A stretch of DNA of 64,000 nt from Balanoglossus misakiensis (taxonomy: Eukaryota > Animalia > Hemichordata): contig CM082584.2 in the NCBI GenBank assembly GCA_040954595.2, forward strand, positions 11,436,552 through 11,500,551, read 5' to 3'. This document shows, one piece after another, positions 23,124-37,738 of this stretch. The notes beneath the pieces are model-generated. The model was not told the origin of the DNA, made no database searches, and worked only from the letters and a program-made list of their open reading frames with translations. The translations under genes were made by a program, and so were the position numbers. Position 1 is the stretch's first letter. Each line of letters begins with the position of its first letter.

Positions 23124-26100
23124 TTACGAGCAGGCGCACTTGTCCACGACCATGTCATTAAATGAGGTAACAGTAAGTTTTGGTGGAGTTGAGTCATCTA
23201 AGTGGAGAAGCGTCAAACCGCTGAGGACTTTTGGGGTACAGCAAGGTTTTGGCCAAAGATCGCTGTTGATATGGTGCATGGCTGATTTGATCAAGGTGTG
23301 TGTGTTCGCGGGTCTGTAGCCATGTGGGCACATGCCGTTGCAGTAGTAAGCGTTGTAACCCGGCGGGGCCACGATCCAGTCGTCCCAACCAATCTCCTTG
23401 AAAGACACGTAGAGGGAAGAACGGCAACAGTTGAATTTATTGCCGACGTCCCCAGCTTCTTGGTGCGATGCGCAGTCTCCCTCGTCGTGAGCGTTGCGTC
23501 GAGTTCTCAAGAGGGAGGGGACCTCCTCCACTTGCAGGTTGAGCACGGGGCTGCGATCTTCCTCCTGGCTGATCTCGTTCTCCGGCTCCGCATCCCGGCC
23601 CTTGGTGTACAGCTCACGCTGCAGCAATTTCTCGTCGGAGGTGAAGATCACCACCTCGACGCCGTGGTTGTTGTGTGGCCGCGCCAGCCACGTCTCTACT
23701 CCCTCGGCAATACTGAACGTGTCCCAGCCCGACTCGGACAACGAAAGGATCTGGGTGTCCAACAGCCTCCGCACCGTCTCCTTGCCCGTTCTCACCGGTT
23801 CCAACAGAAGGTACACGTCCACTCTCACACGCCCGTCCAAACTGTTAGGCGTGTAGTCGGCGCGTATGCCTTGTTTGTACAGTTTCAATTTTGCGGAGTG
23901 CACCCGCAGTTTGTGGTGGGGTTGTGTCGGGGAGGGGATATCCAGCTTGAAGTAAAACCGCTGGCTGCTTTCGTCCGACCAGTCATCTCTTTTCACGTGG
24001 GCTGGCGTTATACCTGCAGTAAGAATGAGACAATCGTGTAAGAATTAGAAGGCGGGTAACAGATATACTCTGAAATTCGTCTGCGGTATATGCGCACATG
24101 CACGGTTGTGCTGTTTTTGCCGAGTCGAGGCATGTTTTGGCAATCTTTTGCATGTAATATTTTCTCAAATATCGATCGTGATTTGTCTTTGATAACGCGC
24201 ATTCTTTGCGACCGAATCGTATCTCCGGTCAGACCTGCACGTATGAACCCCCGGGCACGTAAACGAAGTGACGTATACTCTGAGAACGGCCTTCCATCGT
24301 ACAATTTCACACATAGGAATTATATCAAAATTTACCAAGGCCTTTACTGTCTGGACCAATCTCGGCACTTAAAATGTTTTATGCACTTTCGTTCTCGCGT
24401 CCGATGTACTTAAAACCACTGATCCAACACTTGTTGAAAAAAGGAGGCGAAAGTTCAAGGTAGGGCAGCCTCTAAATCTATTGACGGCATTTTTAATTAC
24501 GGTCGGCTATAATAGAATTGTAACTTGCTTAACACTCGAAAATCAAACAGAAGTTCAAAAGCTGCTAAACATACCAGCTTTTGGAAAATGACAGATAACC
24601 TTGACTGCTCGTTTGTGAAAAGCCGCCGTTCGAGCTAAGTAAACCACGGCTGTCATTTTTCCTGCTTATTTCTGTATCTATTAACACACTTGTCACCTTA
24701 GCGAGGCAAATACCAAATCAATCAATACTGTTAACCGTACAATACAGGTGTCAACCGTAACATGCTTTATTTTGATATCGCCGGCCTGCAACCATGGTGC
24801 ATAAATCGATCTCCGCCACCCAAAACAAAGCCACCACGATACCAAAATGAAAAACAAAATGTACAAATCGAAAAAATCACGTGTGCTTTTAGGCAGTAAC
24901 AAAGCTCAATATATACGAATGACATTCGATGTCAACATTTCCCTTGGTAAATTGATTTTGCCGAACGATGCAGAGTCTGAATTTTTTTCTCAGAATCGTA
25001 CATAGCGCTCTGCGTTGCACAATAAGCGTTGGAACATGGCATGGTTACACGATTTCAACAAATATTTTGTGAGCTATAAATTTACTTATTTTATTGGACC
25101 GTGGCGTCATGTCCTTTCGCGTGTAGAGGACAAATTCCATGTTCCAGCAATCGCTATAAACTAATTTGAAATCAAATTGAACCTGCAAATAATGAGAAGG
25201 TGACGCTTATCGCGCGCGCCTTCAACATTTATGGTCCAAGGCGCGTTGTAAAACAGGCAAAAAATCGACGCAGAACACAGGATCAAAGCATACCGGCCTC
25301 TTTTTAAAATCTTGCTCGGTCTAAGATTTGAAACACAGAAATTTCAAACCAGTGAAGACGGGCTATACGCCAGCCATTTGACCTCCAGTTCCACGATCGC
25401 AGTTTTTCCTATTAAACTGGAATGTTCACCGACTATTTAAAACTTGAACACTTCTACTTTGATGCGAGGAGCTATTTTTTCTCGTGGTTATGTCAACCAA
25501 ACTACACACAATTGTGATGAGTCACAATGACGCGGTATAGGTCACGTTCAGGAGAAGCTCCATTGACTGAATCAGGGCGGGATTATTTTTTTCCAGGATG
25601 GAAAAAAGTGTATTAAGCAAAGTAGTAGATCCGCTTCTCCGCTTACATGGACTGAAAATGCAGTTTCTGAATTCGCACGTACCCCACATTTTTACAGTGA
25701 GGTGCGTGTCACAATGCCCGTATCGGTATCAGTATAAATTTAGGATTATTATCATATAAAGATAGGCCTATCCTAGAGATATCACGTATCTTAACAATAG
25801 CTTGCATTCCTTAGGCCCTACCGTCACTGCGCTCTAAATTTAGTACATGGCCACACGTCTCAAAGCCACGTGTTTGCAGACCACTGCAAAAGGCTGATCG
25901 GCGGTTAACGATATTGAAGTTGGTTCCTTTTTGTTGTACGGGTGTAGATTACAAGATAGTTATTGAACACCCACCTGTGTCGATGAAACTGTAAAATCTT
26001 TTGGGGTAGAAATTATCTTCCGGGTATAAATCGTGCACCTGGTTATTCTCTTGTAGGCTCTGTTCATACACGCGCAGCATTCGTCTCTTCTCTCCGAGGG

Positions 26101-26314
26101 TCACGTTGGCGAGGGTTGTGTTCGGCTTGGAGTGCATTCCCAACTTTCGGAGGATCTCGTGCTTTATGGCCCGTATTCTCTCGTGCTTCAGACGGTGTTC
26201 CGGGTGTCGGGCGTTTGACTCTTTGACATCTTCGCAACCGTGGCAGGAATGCATGCGTGCGACGAACGGCGCCAGCGTCAATATCAAGAATATATGGTAA
26301 ACGCGAACTTCCAT
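23124..26314 (-). CDS. TGF-beta superfamily ligand, nine-cysteine type, Maverick/GDF15-like (about 409 aa precursor)
   Basis: Exon 1 at 25975-26314 encodes a signal peptide (MEVRVYHIFLILTLAPFVARMHS), a CxxC and the prodomain helix RIRAIKHEILRKLGM. Phase-1 GT-AG intron, then exon 2 at 23124-24013. Furin site RTRR at 23496-23507. Mature domain C..CC-RSSLYVSFKEIGWDDWIVAPPGYNAYYCNGMCP...PKPCCTP...DMVVDKCACS*. Family membership is certain; the subfamily call is tentative. Confidence 0.93.
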
Positions 26315-29300
26315 TATGAATAAAGGAGAGATAAAAAATTCAAAACTTAAAAACCTTTCACGACTGATGGTCTCTCGTTGAAGCGTATACAGGTACGACA
26401 GTCTCGCCTGATTTCGATGTTTCAGCGTTTTTTTCCCCTATTAACCGGTCATATACCAGAGTGGCAGTAGAGTTGCTAAGCAAAAGTAGCGTCCACGCTT
26501 GGGTCGCGTGTGTGTCGTAATGTGTCAGTGTCGCAACACGGTGCAGAGTGGCACTTTTATTCTTTATGTGGGAGGAGCCTGGGCCGGCTAATATATGCAG
26601 TTCACCACGAGATTGGGCGGGATCTGGCAGACGATCGCGACCCGACCGGATATCAATGCCTGTCCTACATAACAACAGAATAACAATTTTTGACGTGGAA
26701 ATTGAACGGGATGCCGTAGGAGCGGAGGGAAAGTTTCCCATTCTTCCCCCAAAATGACCCAGGCACCCGTTTCTGTTGTGAGGTGACTTTTACGATTTCC
26801 TTTATGACCTTCGCCGTGTCACGATGAGCGGAAGTGACGGCACGCCCACGGTGCCTGTCTTTGAGAAACCACCGCAGAATCGATAGCACTTGTTCTCGCT
26901 GAACACACCAGAACCAATACATTAATACGATATCCGAATTTATTATGGCCAAGCAATTCGGCGCTGTCTTGGACGGACACACGCACAGAAACATTCAAGT
27001 TGCCCTGGTAATACTGCTTTAAAGTGGGCCCTATCGCATAATTTCCTCAAATCAAATCCTGCTAGAAGTGTTCTGGTCCATGATCTCGAGAGAAAGTTCC
27101 GACGAGCAAATAGAAACCAGAAGAGACAAATAGTTTTGAATAAGTCCCTTCAAAGGACCGACCAAAATAATATGTATAATTTTAATTAAATCGGCAGCGT
27201 CAAACACGACTTTATTTTATGTCGAAGGACGTGTTAAGGAAGTTTTTAGTTTTCGCTGATGGTCCCCTTTTCCGCCCTGTCTCAGCTTAGTACCGGCAAT
27301 TGCATACGTTCGCATTGAAAGCGCCGGCTAATGACGTCATTGGAGTAGCTATAATTCAGACGTTGCACTTCCAACGTTTGCTTTTATCTATGGCCCCCCT
27401 TCACAACGTCATCAAACTGTTTACCCTGGCATTAGCATGTGTGAGTGTGGATGTCGTTTAATGACTGAACGAAAGTGTTGTAGTGTTGATGACCTCACAG
27501 GCTCACACGCACGTGTTGAATTGACTTTTTATAGCGCCGACATCTGTCAGCGGAAGGAACGGTTGATTCGCGACCGATTTATCTGCACGCATACATGTGG
27601 GGGCATTCTCAAGCACGAGAGATAAAACCGAAAATTAAACTTCGATAAAAACTAGTGCAAACACAAGTCGTGCTCAACAGTGTACGCAAGCGGAAAACTT
27701 GCACCTCGTACAAGCTACACACGGCCGATGTATTCAACTGCAACGGCCGTGGACCTCCAGTTGCCGAAGGAAAGGGTTCACGTTATTCGTGGCGTTCAAA
27801 GCTGCTAAACTTGCAGTTAACGACAACAAGATGGCCATATGCTACGCCAAGCCCGTTCAAAATTCACGTCAGAAAATAAGTAGTTCGCATGAAAAAGATC
27901 CCACGGTGCCGTAAAACAGTGGTGACGTAATAACGTAACCATGGAAGCGACTGGCAAAGGGAACCGCACCGACCAGCGGACGTTTCCATGTCTTCCTAAC
28001 ACGTTCAGGGGTTCCCCCGGTTCCGTTGCGCGTCAAAAGCTCATCGAAGACCGCCTAAAACACCACATCCAGTAACAGTTAAACACAGTTTGATTTATGG
28101 GGTGGCTGTTTCCATGACCTCATGCGCCCTTTACTTCGCTCTCCTGTCTCCAAATACAAACATCCTGCAAAAAAGAGCACCGACTATCCCGTGTGTTCTC
28201 ACTCTGTTTTGTTTTCAAGGTTGAGAAAAAGAGACACTCATGATGATTTCTGTTAGTAACATTTATTTTCAAAGGAAATATACACAAAACGCCCAGAAAA
28301 CCTTTCACGCCGGCGATTTTTAAAATTAATGACTAGGATATCCGCTGTATTGAATCGCTGTGACCGTGGACTTCAGTAATATCTCAGAGCGCCTGTCCTG
28401 TGGGAAAAACGACTGCGTCAATTAGCCCGCGCTATTGGACAAACATAATTTTTATTTATCATTTATCTCACTGTGTAATGAGACACGTTATATGATACTA
28501 TGGGTTGCCCTCATCCCTTCACAAAATCGTAAATTGTCTGCAAACGAGTCTGGGATCCTGTTCATTGAGAGTGTTTGTTGCACATGGACAGATTTAACAC
28601 GTCATCTGCCGTAAGTTGTAGAATCAATCAGTGTCTTAAGGAAGTAGAGATCTAGCCAATCACAGATTTCACTTGGGTGGCCACGCGGAAAAGAAGTATG
28701 CCAAAACTTGGAAACCTCGATCAGCAATGCGACTTGATTGAGAATCTGCGACCTATATTGTTTATCAGGGGTGGAATATGGGAGGAGTTGTTTACCTTCA
28801 TTGGTAGAGAGTGTATCTACCTGAAAAGTTTGCTAACTTTTGGGTTATCTATGTAGACGACTTGTAGAAACAGATGACATGATTCACACTATATGGTCCA
28901 ATGTGCAATATTTTGACATCACTATACTGCCCGTTGTAACCTGGTGTAAGACTCTGGCCAGGGTTTAACCGAAACCCAGGTTATAGCTTGGCTAAGTAAA
29001 AATGCCCAATAGATAATGGCGGACAAAAACGGCTGCAAAGGGAGATGATCAGGATGTTTAGTCACGTGACCGTTGATTTCATCTTTGCGGTCACGTTAAT
29101 TGAAAATCTGGACAACCAGAGCAAGTGACGTTTGTTAAATCTAATCACCGCCGTTCGTGTCTATCCAGCGTTTGGCGGTTAGCGACCCGATAATCTACGT
29201 GGCACTGCACGACCATTAAATTTCCACTACGGCATAGCACACGAAGGCACAGATGCAAGTCTGAATAATGTAATTTTTCCGCAAGGAGCCCGTAAAACTA

Positions 29301-32300
29301 CGTGCATTAAAACATTCCATAATCATCAAATGTCCCCTCTCACATTTTATTCTTGTACCTGCTCAGCGAACAATGACGCAAACCGGCAGTTACCACTTTA
29401 AATTACCAACTGCGAAACGATAAACTTCCGCCCACGAACAGCACCGCATAAGCTCACTCTGCAGAATACGGTTTCCGTTGTGAAAATTGGAAGTTTTATT
29501 CGGGTACTCGTTAAGATTTTCAATAAAATCTTTTTAGCGGGAAGTGCGTATGTTGACGGCGAAGAGGTCGGATTAATTAATGTACAAATAGATTGGCGTT
29601 AAACGATTGCAGCATGCTGATGGCTAGGGGATCGATGGATGGTCCGGATGGATGGATAATGAGATAAACACAGGTGGATTGAATGATTGATTGATTGATT
29701 GATCGTTGTTTATAAAGATATGATACTAGTATTTTTTCCAGTGCGCTTCTTTCCCGTCGTTTCTATGTAAATCTTTTTTTCTCCTTATACGCACAAGTTG
29801 TTATTCGTGGAAACACTATCAAGCATGCGGTTTAATTTCAACACTACTGTTAAGCACGTATACAGTTGCTACACATTGTACTACGTCAATGAAGTTTTGA
29901 TTGGCCAAAAGCAGCAGTCAAGATTTCCATTCACAGTGTTAATGCGTTGACCTATGTACAGACTCGTATAAGCCGGTAGAGAGCGAGCAAGCAAGCAAGC
30001 AAGAAAGAAAGTGAGAGGCAGACAGGTAGAGGGAGGGGCAGGCAGACAGACAAATAGGTAGATATATAGAAAGAAAGAATATAGACAAGAACTTTTAAGT
30101 AAAAGGTAACTGCACTTTCGATTGAACGTGTTGTACGTGCACACTCAACTATTCCTCGAGCGATTGTATGAAACCGATATTATGTATGCTATCAAGTTTT
30201 TGTGGCGCACTAAACGGTTTATTACTAATTTTGAGTGTGTGTCAAATAGTTATTAAACTTGAATGTAAATATTCAAAATATTAATATTCGTGATGTTACG
30301 CACGGTGCGTAAGAGAAAGTTAACACTTTTTTAGTAAAACGGGATTTTGGCATTCCCATCCTCACGCTTACCGATGGGGCATGACTACCACGTGATAAAA
30401 CAACGGGGGTGGCAATTCGGCAAGCGACACAGCTGCGGAATGGTGCGATTGCTGACGTAAAAGCGATTCGGGGTGCAGCTAGCCACTGTGACATGGAGCG
30501 ATTTGATATTAAATGGCATGGTTTATGTCTTCAAGCGATCCTGACGTTGCTGTCGCAATGTTTCATCGGCGATTTTCATGCGATGGGACACGTGGTAAAA
30601 TCAGCGGCCATAACTGCGGTCGATATGTGCGCGTCCCTTTGCATTTTCAGTTAGCCAATGCATCGTGCCTCAAACACGAGGTTCGCACATGAAGTTATAC
30701 TGCTACCAGTCACATAAACTTAGGGATAAGACATGCCAATCTCTGGTCGGGTGCTGTAAACTCGGTTGGGGCGAAAGGACTGCCATTTGGACACCTGTTG
30801 ATGGCGATTAGTGTATTCAAGCCCCACAATAGTCAGGGCGTGAACCTCCTGGGATAGATTGTAAGGCGATCCTTCCTTTGAGAAATTTGCAAAATGTGAC
30901 GCTTCAACCTGCGTCTAAGATAATTTCCATAAAATGCGATGAACTGCAAAAAAAAATGTATGTGACATGATTTTCTAAGTGCAGTACCTGCTTGAAATGG
31001 TCGAGTAGGGTCAGACGTATACCAATTAGCATGTGAGGACAGGCTATTATCTACTATAAGCCAATGACCAGAAGGTTACCGAGACCTCAGTGGACCGGCC
31101 TTTTTATTTATTAATGTCTAGACTGAGATTTGTCAAAATCAAATCAATGACCGACAACAGCAGGCCATCTCACTTGGCTGCAGGCAACGCTGTTGAGAAC
31201 GACTGTTGGCGCGAATCTCTGCAGCTGTGTATGAACGACCTTTTGAAAAGCGAACAATTAACACATGTCTGCGTGTAAGTTATGCCAGTGGTTACTCAAA
31301 AACATCATATACAATATTTTTTCTTCTGTAATTTATTCATGTTATTTAGGATGGGTGAAATGCGTTGCAGAACTTTTTACAGGGTTGCTATTTCCTCTAG
31401 GGAACAAACAGCCAGACCTCTGTTCGCATGAGTGTCCAAATTGTATTTACTGCTGGCGTTTTCCTTCACCGGAGCCGCACCTTTCTCAACTGAACAAAGA
31501 TTAACGACCTGCTCCTGGGATAATTTAACGCACCCAGTCTAGAACGGCGACATTTTGGAACAAAAGGAATTAAATCAAGCATTGGCTTCAAGGCCCGGTG
31601 TCTGCAAGCTGAGAGATTGTTCCTTCTCCATCTATGCATCCCATTGAATGTCTCAGACACGCTCATCTAACCCTTAAAACGTGTCGGCATGGTTACACTG
31701 ACCGACCCGACACATCTGCACAACTCACCTGCGAGGTTTTTGCCACATCAAAGAGCGGGCGGCAGTGAACGACATGCCGTGCATTCCAGAGAAAACCCAA
31801 ACTATTTTTAAATGGCGTGCGATTTCTAAACTTATCCTTGATAGTATCCTCAGGATGACATGACCCGGTGACCTCTGCCTCTCCAAAGGAGGTTCTAGTT
31901 CCCATTCAAGTTCTCCACACACGCTTCTAAAAAATTAAAGACGGCAGGTAATACTGGATATAATTCTGACGAAAAATAATGTTCTCTTCGCAACAAACTT
32001 TTGGAAGAAATTGGTTCATAACTTTTTTAGGAGTTGTGTTGAATAATACTACTAGTTTAAACAATACACAAAATGGCGGCGGTCTGGCGGCCATGTTTGA
32101 TCTGTCAGGAAAGACATCATAGCGTTTTTCATCGTATCTACCTTTATTTCAATAATCTCTGAACATATCCAAGACGGGTATGTCTTCCATGATCAGTGTC
32201 CTAATAGTCACACTCTTCTGTATTGGAAATATTTGTGCTCAGTTGCAAGAAAAACCTCACTCCGAAAAAATTCCTAAGGCCTAATATTCTGAATGAGGTT

Positions 32301-35300
32301 CAATTCACAAGAAGTCAACGTACTCTTCGTTTCTCACGAGACGTCAAAGTACTTTTATGTTTTATAGTATAGATAGTCGGTTATAGCATAGATAGTCTCA
32401 TATTTCATCACCAGCCTGATATGGCCGGGCAATGACCGTAGTCCATCATGCAACGAGGTTAAAGACTCTGTCTATCGTGTATGTTTAATAGGAAAAATAA
32501 TGAATGTCTGAACAATGCAGATCGACTCATTAAGTAACGTGCCAGAAGGAACAGTTACCATTTCTTGCAATTGGTGTTAAGTTTATAAAGTTTGAAACGT
32601 TCGGAGAATTGCACACGAAAGTCTGGAATGAGCTGATCCCGAGAAAGATCTGGCCTAGAATTCACATTTCTCAAGGACGTTTATTCCTGTTCGGACAACT
32701 CTGCTGCATCTGGGGATAAGGAAAATGGTCACGCACTTTGCTTTGGGGCAAACGTCTGGTATGCTAATTACACAGTCATTCACTAACTGTCAGAATAGTC
32801 ATAAAAACCAGCGAAATATTGGTCGCACCATAGCGATTATCCTACAAGGCAACACGCATGCGTAATAACTGGAAAATTATACGTTTTGCCCTTGTTTCGA
32901 GGAGGAGGGGGAGGAAATCCGGCATGCATCAGTGCTCAGGCTCAGCCTTCCGCTTTGAAGTTGCATGTCACGTGATAATCTCACAAATCAGTCAAACTTG
33001 ACTAGCAGATAACTAGACAACTGGTAGCTGTCGGAGCCAGGTGTCATTATTCGTCTGCACAGTGTCTCAAAGTCACGCGACCCTTACGTAATCAATAATA
33101 ACTGTACACTGTCACTTACAAGTGCCGCCCACAAATCTCACCTTGGTGTTTAACGTTGTTTTCATTGACTTCCGGATCAATATTAATTATCACCCCCACC
33201 TCCTATTGTGTATTGCGGTGCTTCAATAGGTACTTGCACACGGGAATATGAACCTTTGGTAGTCTGGTTTGCGTGTGTCGTTAAAAAGCATTTAATTCTT
33301 TGCAGGGGAATTTGTCTGTTGCAATACCGGTGAACTTTAATTGTCGAAATTGACGGCAACTCAACTGCAAATGTTCGTTGAAAGGCCTGTAATTAACGAC
33401 TTAGTATGATCAGTCAGACGTGGGCGTTGATGATACAACAGTGGAGGTATGATGCAACATTAACCGAGTATTTGATCGTTGGTATTGAAAGGCAAACGTG
33501 TCGTCGCCTGGAAGCCGGTAGACAAGTGGTTATTCTAATCTCAAAACAGCCGAACTACATCACAACCGTCCTTGTTCAAATCGGAAGCTATTGATATCAG
33601 CGCATTCAAAGATCCAATGCAGCGTGCTGTAACATTTATCAGTTTGCTTTGGCAGACGGGGATTAAAAAAGGGAAACGCCCAGTTTCCAATGGGAAATAC
33701 GTGCAATGCTTGACAGCATAGAGACTAGAAGAACAATAGCGTAAATAATAACATAAATAACAACAACCTGGGTACTATATTCCTATGTTTCCTGTAATAA
33801 ATACCAACGGTTTTCAAAGTTTAACATATATGAGGCAGTAAACACAATCCTTCGGCATCTCTTACACTCATCCTAGCTTGTCGAAATCATTGACAATAGT
33901 GCGATGACCTTTTTTCGCATTTCATGCGATAATGGAGTCATAAGCTATTAGTAATTATTGAGGTAGCCTCCATGCGGCATCGACGCTGTTGCTATGGAAT
34001 CGTGTAAACCTTGAACAAGGCGTTTCGATGTCACGTAAATTGGTGGTGGGTTGCCTTGCAATTAGAATGAAAGCGAAGCCATATTATACAACAAGAGGTG
34101 AAAAATCACTTGCAATCCTGTCGATTTCTCAATCCTTCCAACGCATACCCAGTAACGTCATTTTGGGGGGATATTTACCAATGCAGTGGTTGCCTTCTCT
34201 TTAAAGGTTAATGAACAAAAAAGCCATAAAATTATCAAGTCAATTTATTTTGGCTTTCGATGATCATTCGTTTTTCTCTGCTGATTGTTTCGTTACGATG
34301 GCAAAGTTACATTATCAAAGTCTGTTTTTAAAGGTCACGACACTAAATCAGCCGCCACCCCGCTCTGAAAGAAAGTCAAATTACATCCTTTCAGTATTCT
34401 GGCGTTCCAACATTTATGTAATAAAACATGCGTCTTATTTCGTAATAACCGAAGGCTCCGACCCATCTTCGCCTGCCAAGGTGTCTTCGTTAGTGGGAGA
34501 CTGTAGTCGAGCTATCGACCCGTGTAAGCGGACGATGAAATTGAAGCTCTCTAACATTTTTTTGGCTACGCACACACCTATTGACAGAGCAAAAGTACAT
34601 GTACACATGCCCGAGGGTTGTGGGAGATTTCCTTAGAATTGTGCATCGTTATCCAGGCGATTACCGGTGTCATGTGGGTATTAACTTCTGCAGTGACAAT
34701 GGCCATGGGACGATGAGTCATTTCTGACAAAGCCCAAAAAGTAACATTTTCCTAAAGGATTCTGTTTGCAGCCATTATGAACCCCCTCATGAAAATTCCA
34801 CTGGGTGTGTCAAACCAAATAATACGAATATGTGAGATGCGGGTTGCCGTATCTTTTTTTGTATGGAGTCGCGTTGTTTCCTTTTGGTGACTTCTGACGT
34901 CAGACCTATTATGGGTGATCTGTCAATCTGAGGCATTGTAATGATTAAAACGCAATTACCAGAAGCCACACATCGCGTTAGTTTCGTGCTTTTCTTGGCA
35001 TCGTTTTTTGAATCGTTGAACTTTTGGGGGTTGTCTATATTTTTGCACTAAATGTGAATGCGATTAAAACGCCCACCGCGTTGGAATTGGGAGCAATTCA
35101 ACCATTCTGCGTTCTAATCAAAATATCGGAATGGGGGAACCCACGTCACGCTAATCACAACGAAGCCTTTCTCGGCATTTCACCTTTTATTAAGAAAGAC
35201 GTCAGGCATTCTTGTACAGGTGTTAAATGTCAAAGGAACATACAATTAATTTGGGAGGGGGATCCGCGATTGATTGAAAATCATGCCGCTACCTTGATAC

Positions 35301-35338
35301 TTCACTGCCCATCTGGTGCAGTACGGGGAAGAGGAGGA

Positions 35339-35358
35339 GGGGGCGGGGGCGGGGCGGG
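35339..35358 (+). promoter_or_regulatory. Tandem GC boxes / G-quadruplex-forming motif in the ligand-receptor intergenic region
   Basis: GGGGGCGGGGGCGGGGCGGG: four G-runs separated by single-C loops, overlapping Sp/KLF GGGCGG sites. Confidence 0.4.
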
Positions 35359-37714
35359 TTCGCAATCGGAGGGGTTGTGAGTTTGACAGCCATGCAGAGC
35401 CTGACGATGTGTGTTAGCCCCCCCCCCCCGATAACTGAATCTGTGCTATAAATAGTCTGTTGATGTAACACTTGTTTTTTTTCTTCTAATTTGGACACTC
35501 CTGGCTTATCTTTATCCTCGTCGCAATCGTTATGACCCCCCCCCCCCCCTGCATAACTCACGTGATGGCGATTTTTTGTATGACACCGATCGATGGAATG
35601 CCGGTCATGTACTGATAAGACTGGCGCATCAAAACACAGAACCTCGGACAGGATTAATTTTACAAGCCTTAAAATGTAACCGCAATCTTTTAAGTACAAT
35701 AATTTATCCTATAGGCCTAAACTGTATCAAGCTGTGTATTTCAAGTCGGTTACGGTTTTCAGTAACGTGCAAGTGACTTTTCTTGCTTTGTTACTTGGGA
35801 CATACGGCTATATACAAACGATGTGAAAGATGCGCGCCCTATGCAACCGACCATATCTCCAATACGGATGTTTTTATAATGGGTTTAACGTAACCATGGC
35901 AATTGGTAGCGATAAACCTATTATATCTTATAGCTTGTCCGATAGTTTTTGTTGACATGGCTTTAGTTTGCCGGATACAGTGCGATAAAAGATAACATGG
36001 GCGAGATAAAGACAACCACTCTGCCCTACTTTAACTGTCTTGTGGAAGATATTCAATTTATTCACAGAATAAATATAAACAGTGTTTTATTTTAGGGGGT
36101 ATTGGTCCATATCATTGCATTGTGGCCACAGGGTGGGAAGACAATTCTTGAGATGTCCGTTTGTGTTTTGGGGAACCAATGTCAAACACGGCAAGTCCCA
36201 ACGAGAGCTAAATATCATAATGTCGTCTCAGGTGCTCGTTGCCAGATTGGCGAAGTTGTTTCATCTCTGACGTGTCCAAAATGTGCAGAGTCCCCGTGAC
36301 ATGGCGGGGTGTGTGGAAACCACACGATTAAAGGTATAAGTTGACGTTGGGGGCGTAGCATAATTTAAAACAGCAAAGACACAAAATTCATCCGTAGTCT
36401 GTACTAAATTCACTCGCTGTTCGGGTCTTCGGGATGGTGCTGGTGCCTAAATAAAATATAAAAACGCAACTTCAACATGTGAACTGGACATATGATTCTA
36501 AGCTGATAGGGTTAATATATGTGTGAGCGATTTATTGTACGTACAGTCAAGTGGGTGGCTCGCGTTTACCCTACGGACAAACCGATCACGTTGGCTCGAG
36601 TGATCGCCCAGTGGTATATAAACTGCAAATTGTAAATGCTTTGAACGAAATGAGAGCCTAAAGCGAACGATATACATTTTGTAATTGCTCTGTTTGTTTC
36701 ATTGTATCGCCCCGAAGGAGCGACGTTCACGCGTAAAACTAGATCGAGCCACGGCCAGATCACATGTCGCGACTCAATCTCAGATTTACTCGATGAGCGG
36801 ATAATCCCTGGAATTTAAAGCCGATAATCTCTGGCATGATTTTGAGCCGTACTCGCGTGCGTGATGCGTATGTACCCAAGCTTTGAAACCCGTGTGAAGC
36901 ATGAAGCGAACGATCCGACGACCCAAGATTTCAATCGCCCTTCTTCCAAGAGACTAAATCTCAGTTGTCAAAAAAGAACCTCGCACCATTGAATAGGCAA
37001 ACACGCCGATCAGAAAACAAATGTCGCCAGAGCATAAACTAAAGGGGCGCTGTTCTATAATATAGTTACCTCAGAAAAAGACACCATTTGATTACAAGAG
37101 GCGTAGAATGTACCAAGTCACTTTCACCTGATGATTGTTATTTTGAATACATGTATACACTTTACTTATTCTTTTAAAGGCGACGATGGTTCGAACCACC
37201 GGGAAAAGTTGGCATTCATGCTTATTCCGCAAAATTTGACATGTTTAAGATACACACCTGTCTCCTGACGTAACAAGTTGGTGTTGCTGCGGCAAATTTA
37301 ACTATACTTCTCCAGAGGGCGCCGTGTGTGGCCTTTGCCTGGACCAATTGCAAATATTTTTAAACTCCGGCAACTTTTAACACCAACCCATCCCCCGAAA
37401 TCAAATGGTTCATCCCTTATCAGACTTTGGGTGCAAGTAGCGGCGAGGCATCCGATATCTGAGAGGGGTCACTGATAGGTGTATATCACATATCATGATA
37501 CTGATGAGGAGGATATTTTTCAGCTGGTGTCTCCGCCGAATCTTCTTATACTCGTGAAAAATATTTTACTATGCCTCCTGGACGTCAATAACGGTCAAAG
37601 TTTTCTTTATGCGTCGCCTCAATCATTTCTGGTATTTGGTTGTTGGGTGTGTCGAACAAACTAACATTGTCTTTACGATAACTTTATCCACATGGAACAG
37701 AGGAATTTTGTTGT

Positions 37715-37738
37715 TGATGATGATGATGATGATGATGA
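37715..37738. repeat. (GAT)n trinucleotide microsatellite
   Basis: tgatgatgatgatgatgatgatga run. Confidence 0.8.

Noticed and set aside
23298-24041. 247-aa plus-strand ORF
   Set aside because: Antisense shadow of the GC-rich TGF-beta exon 2.
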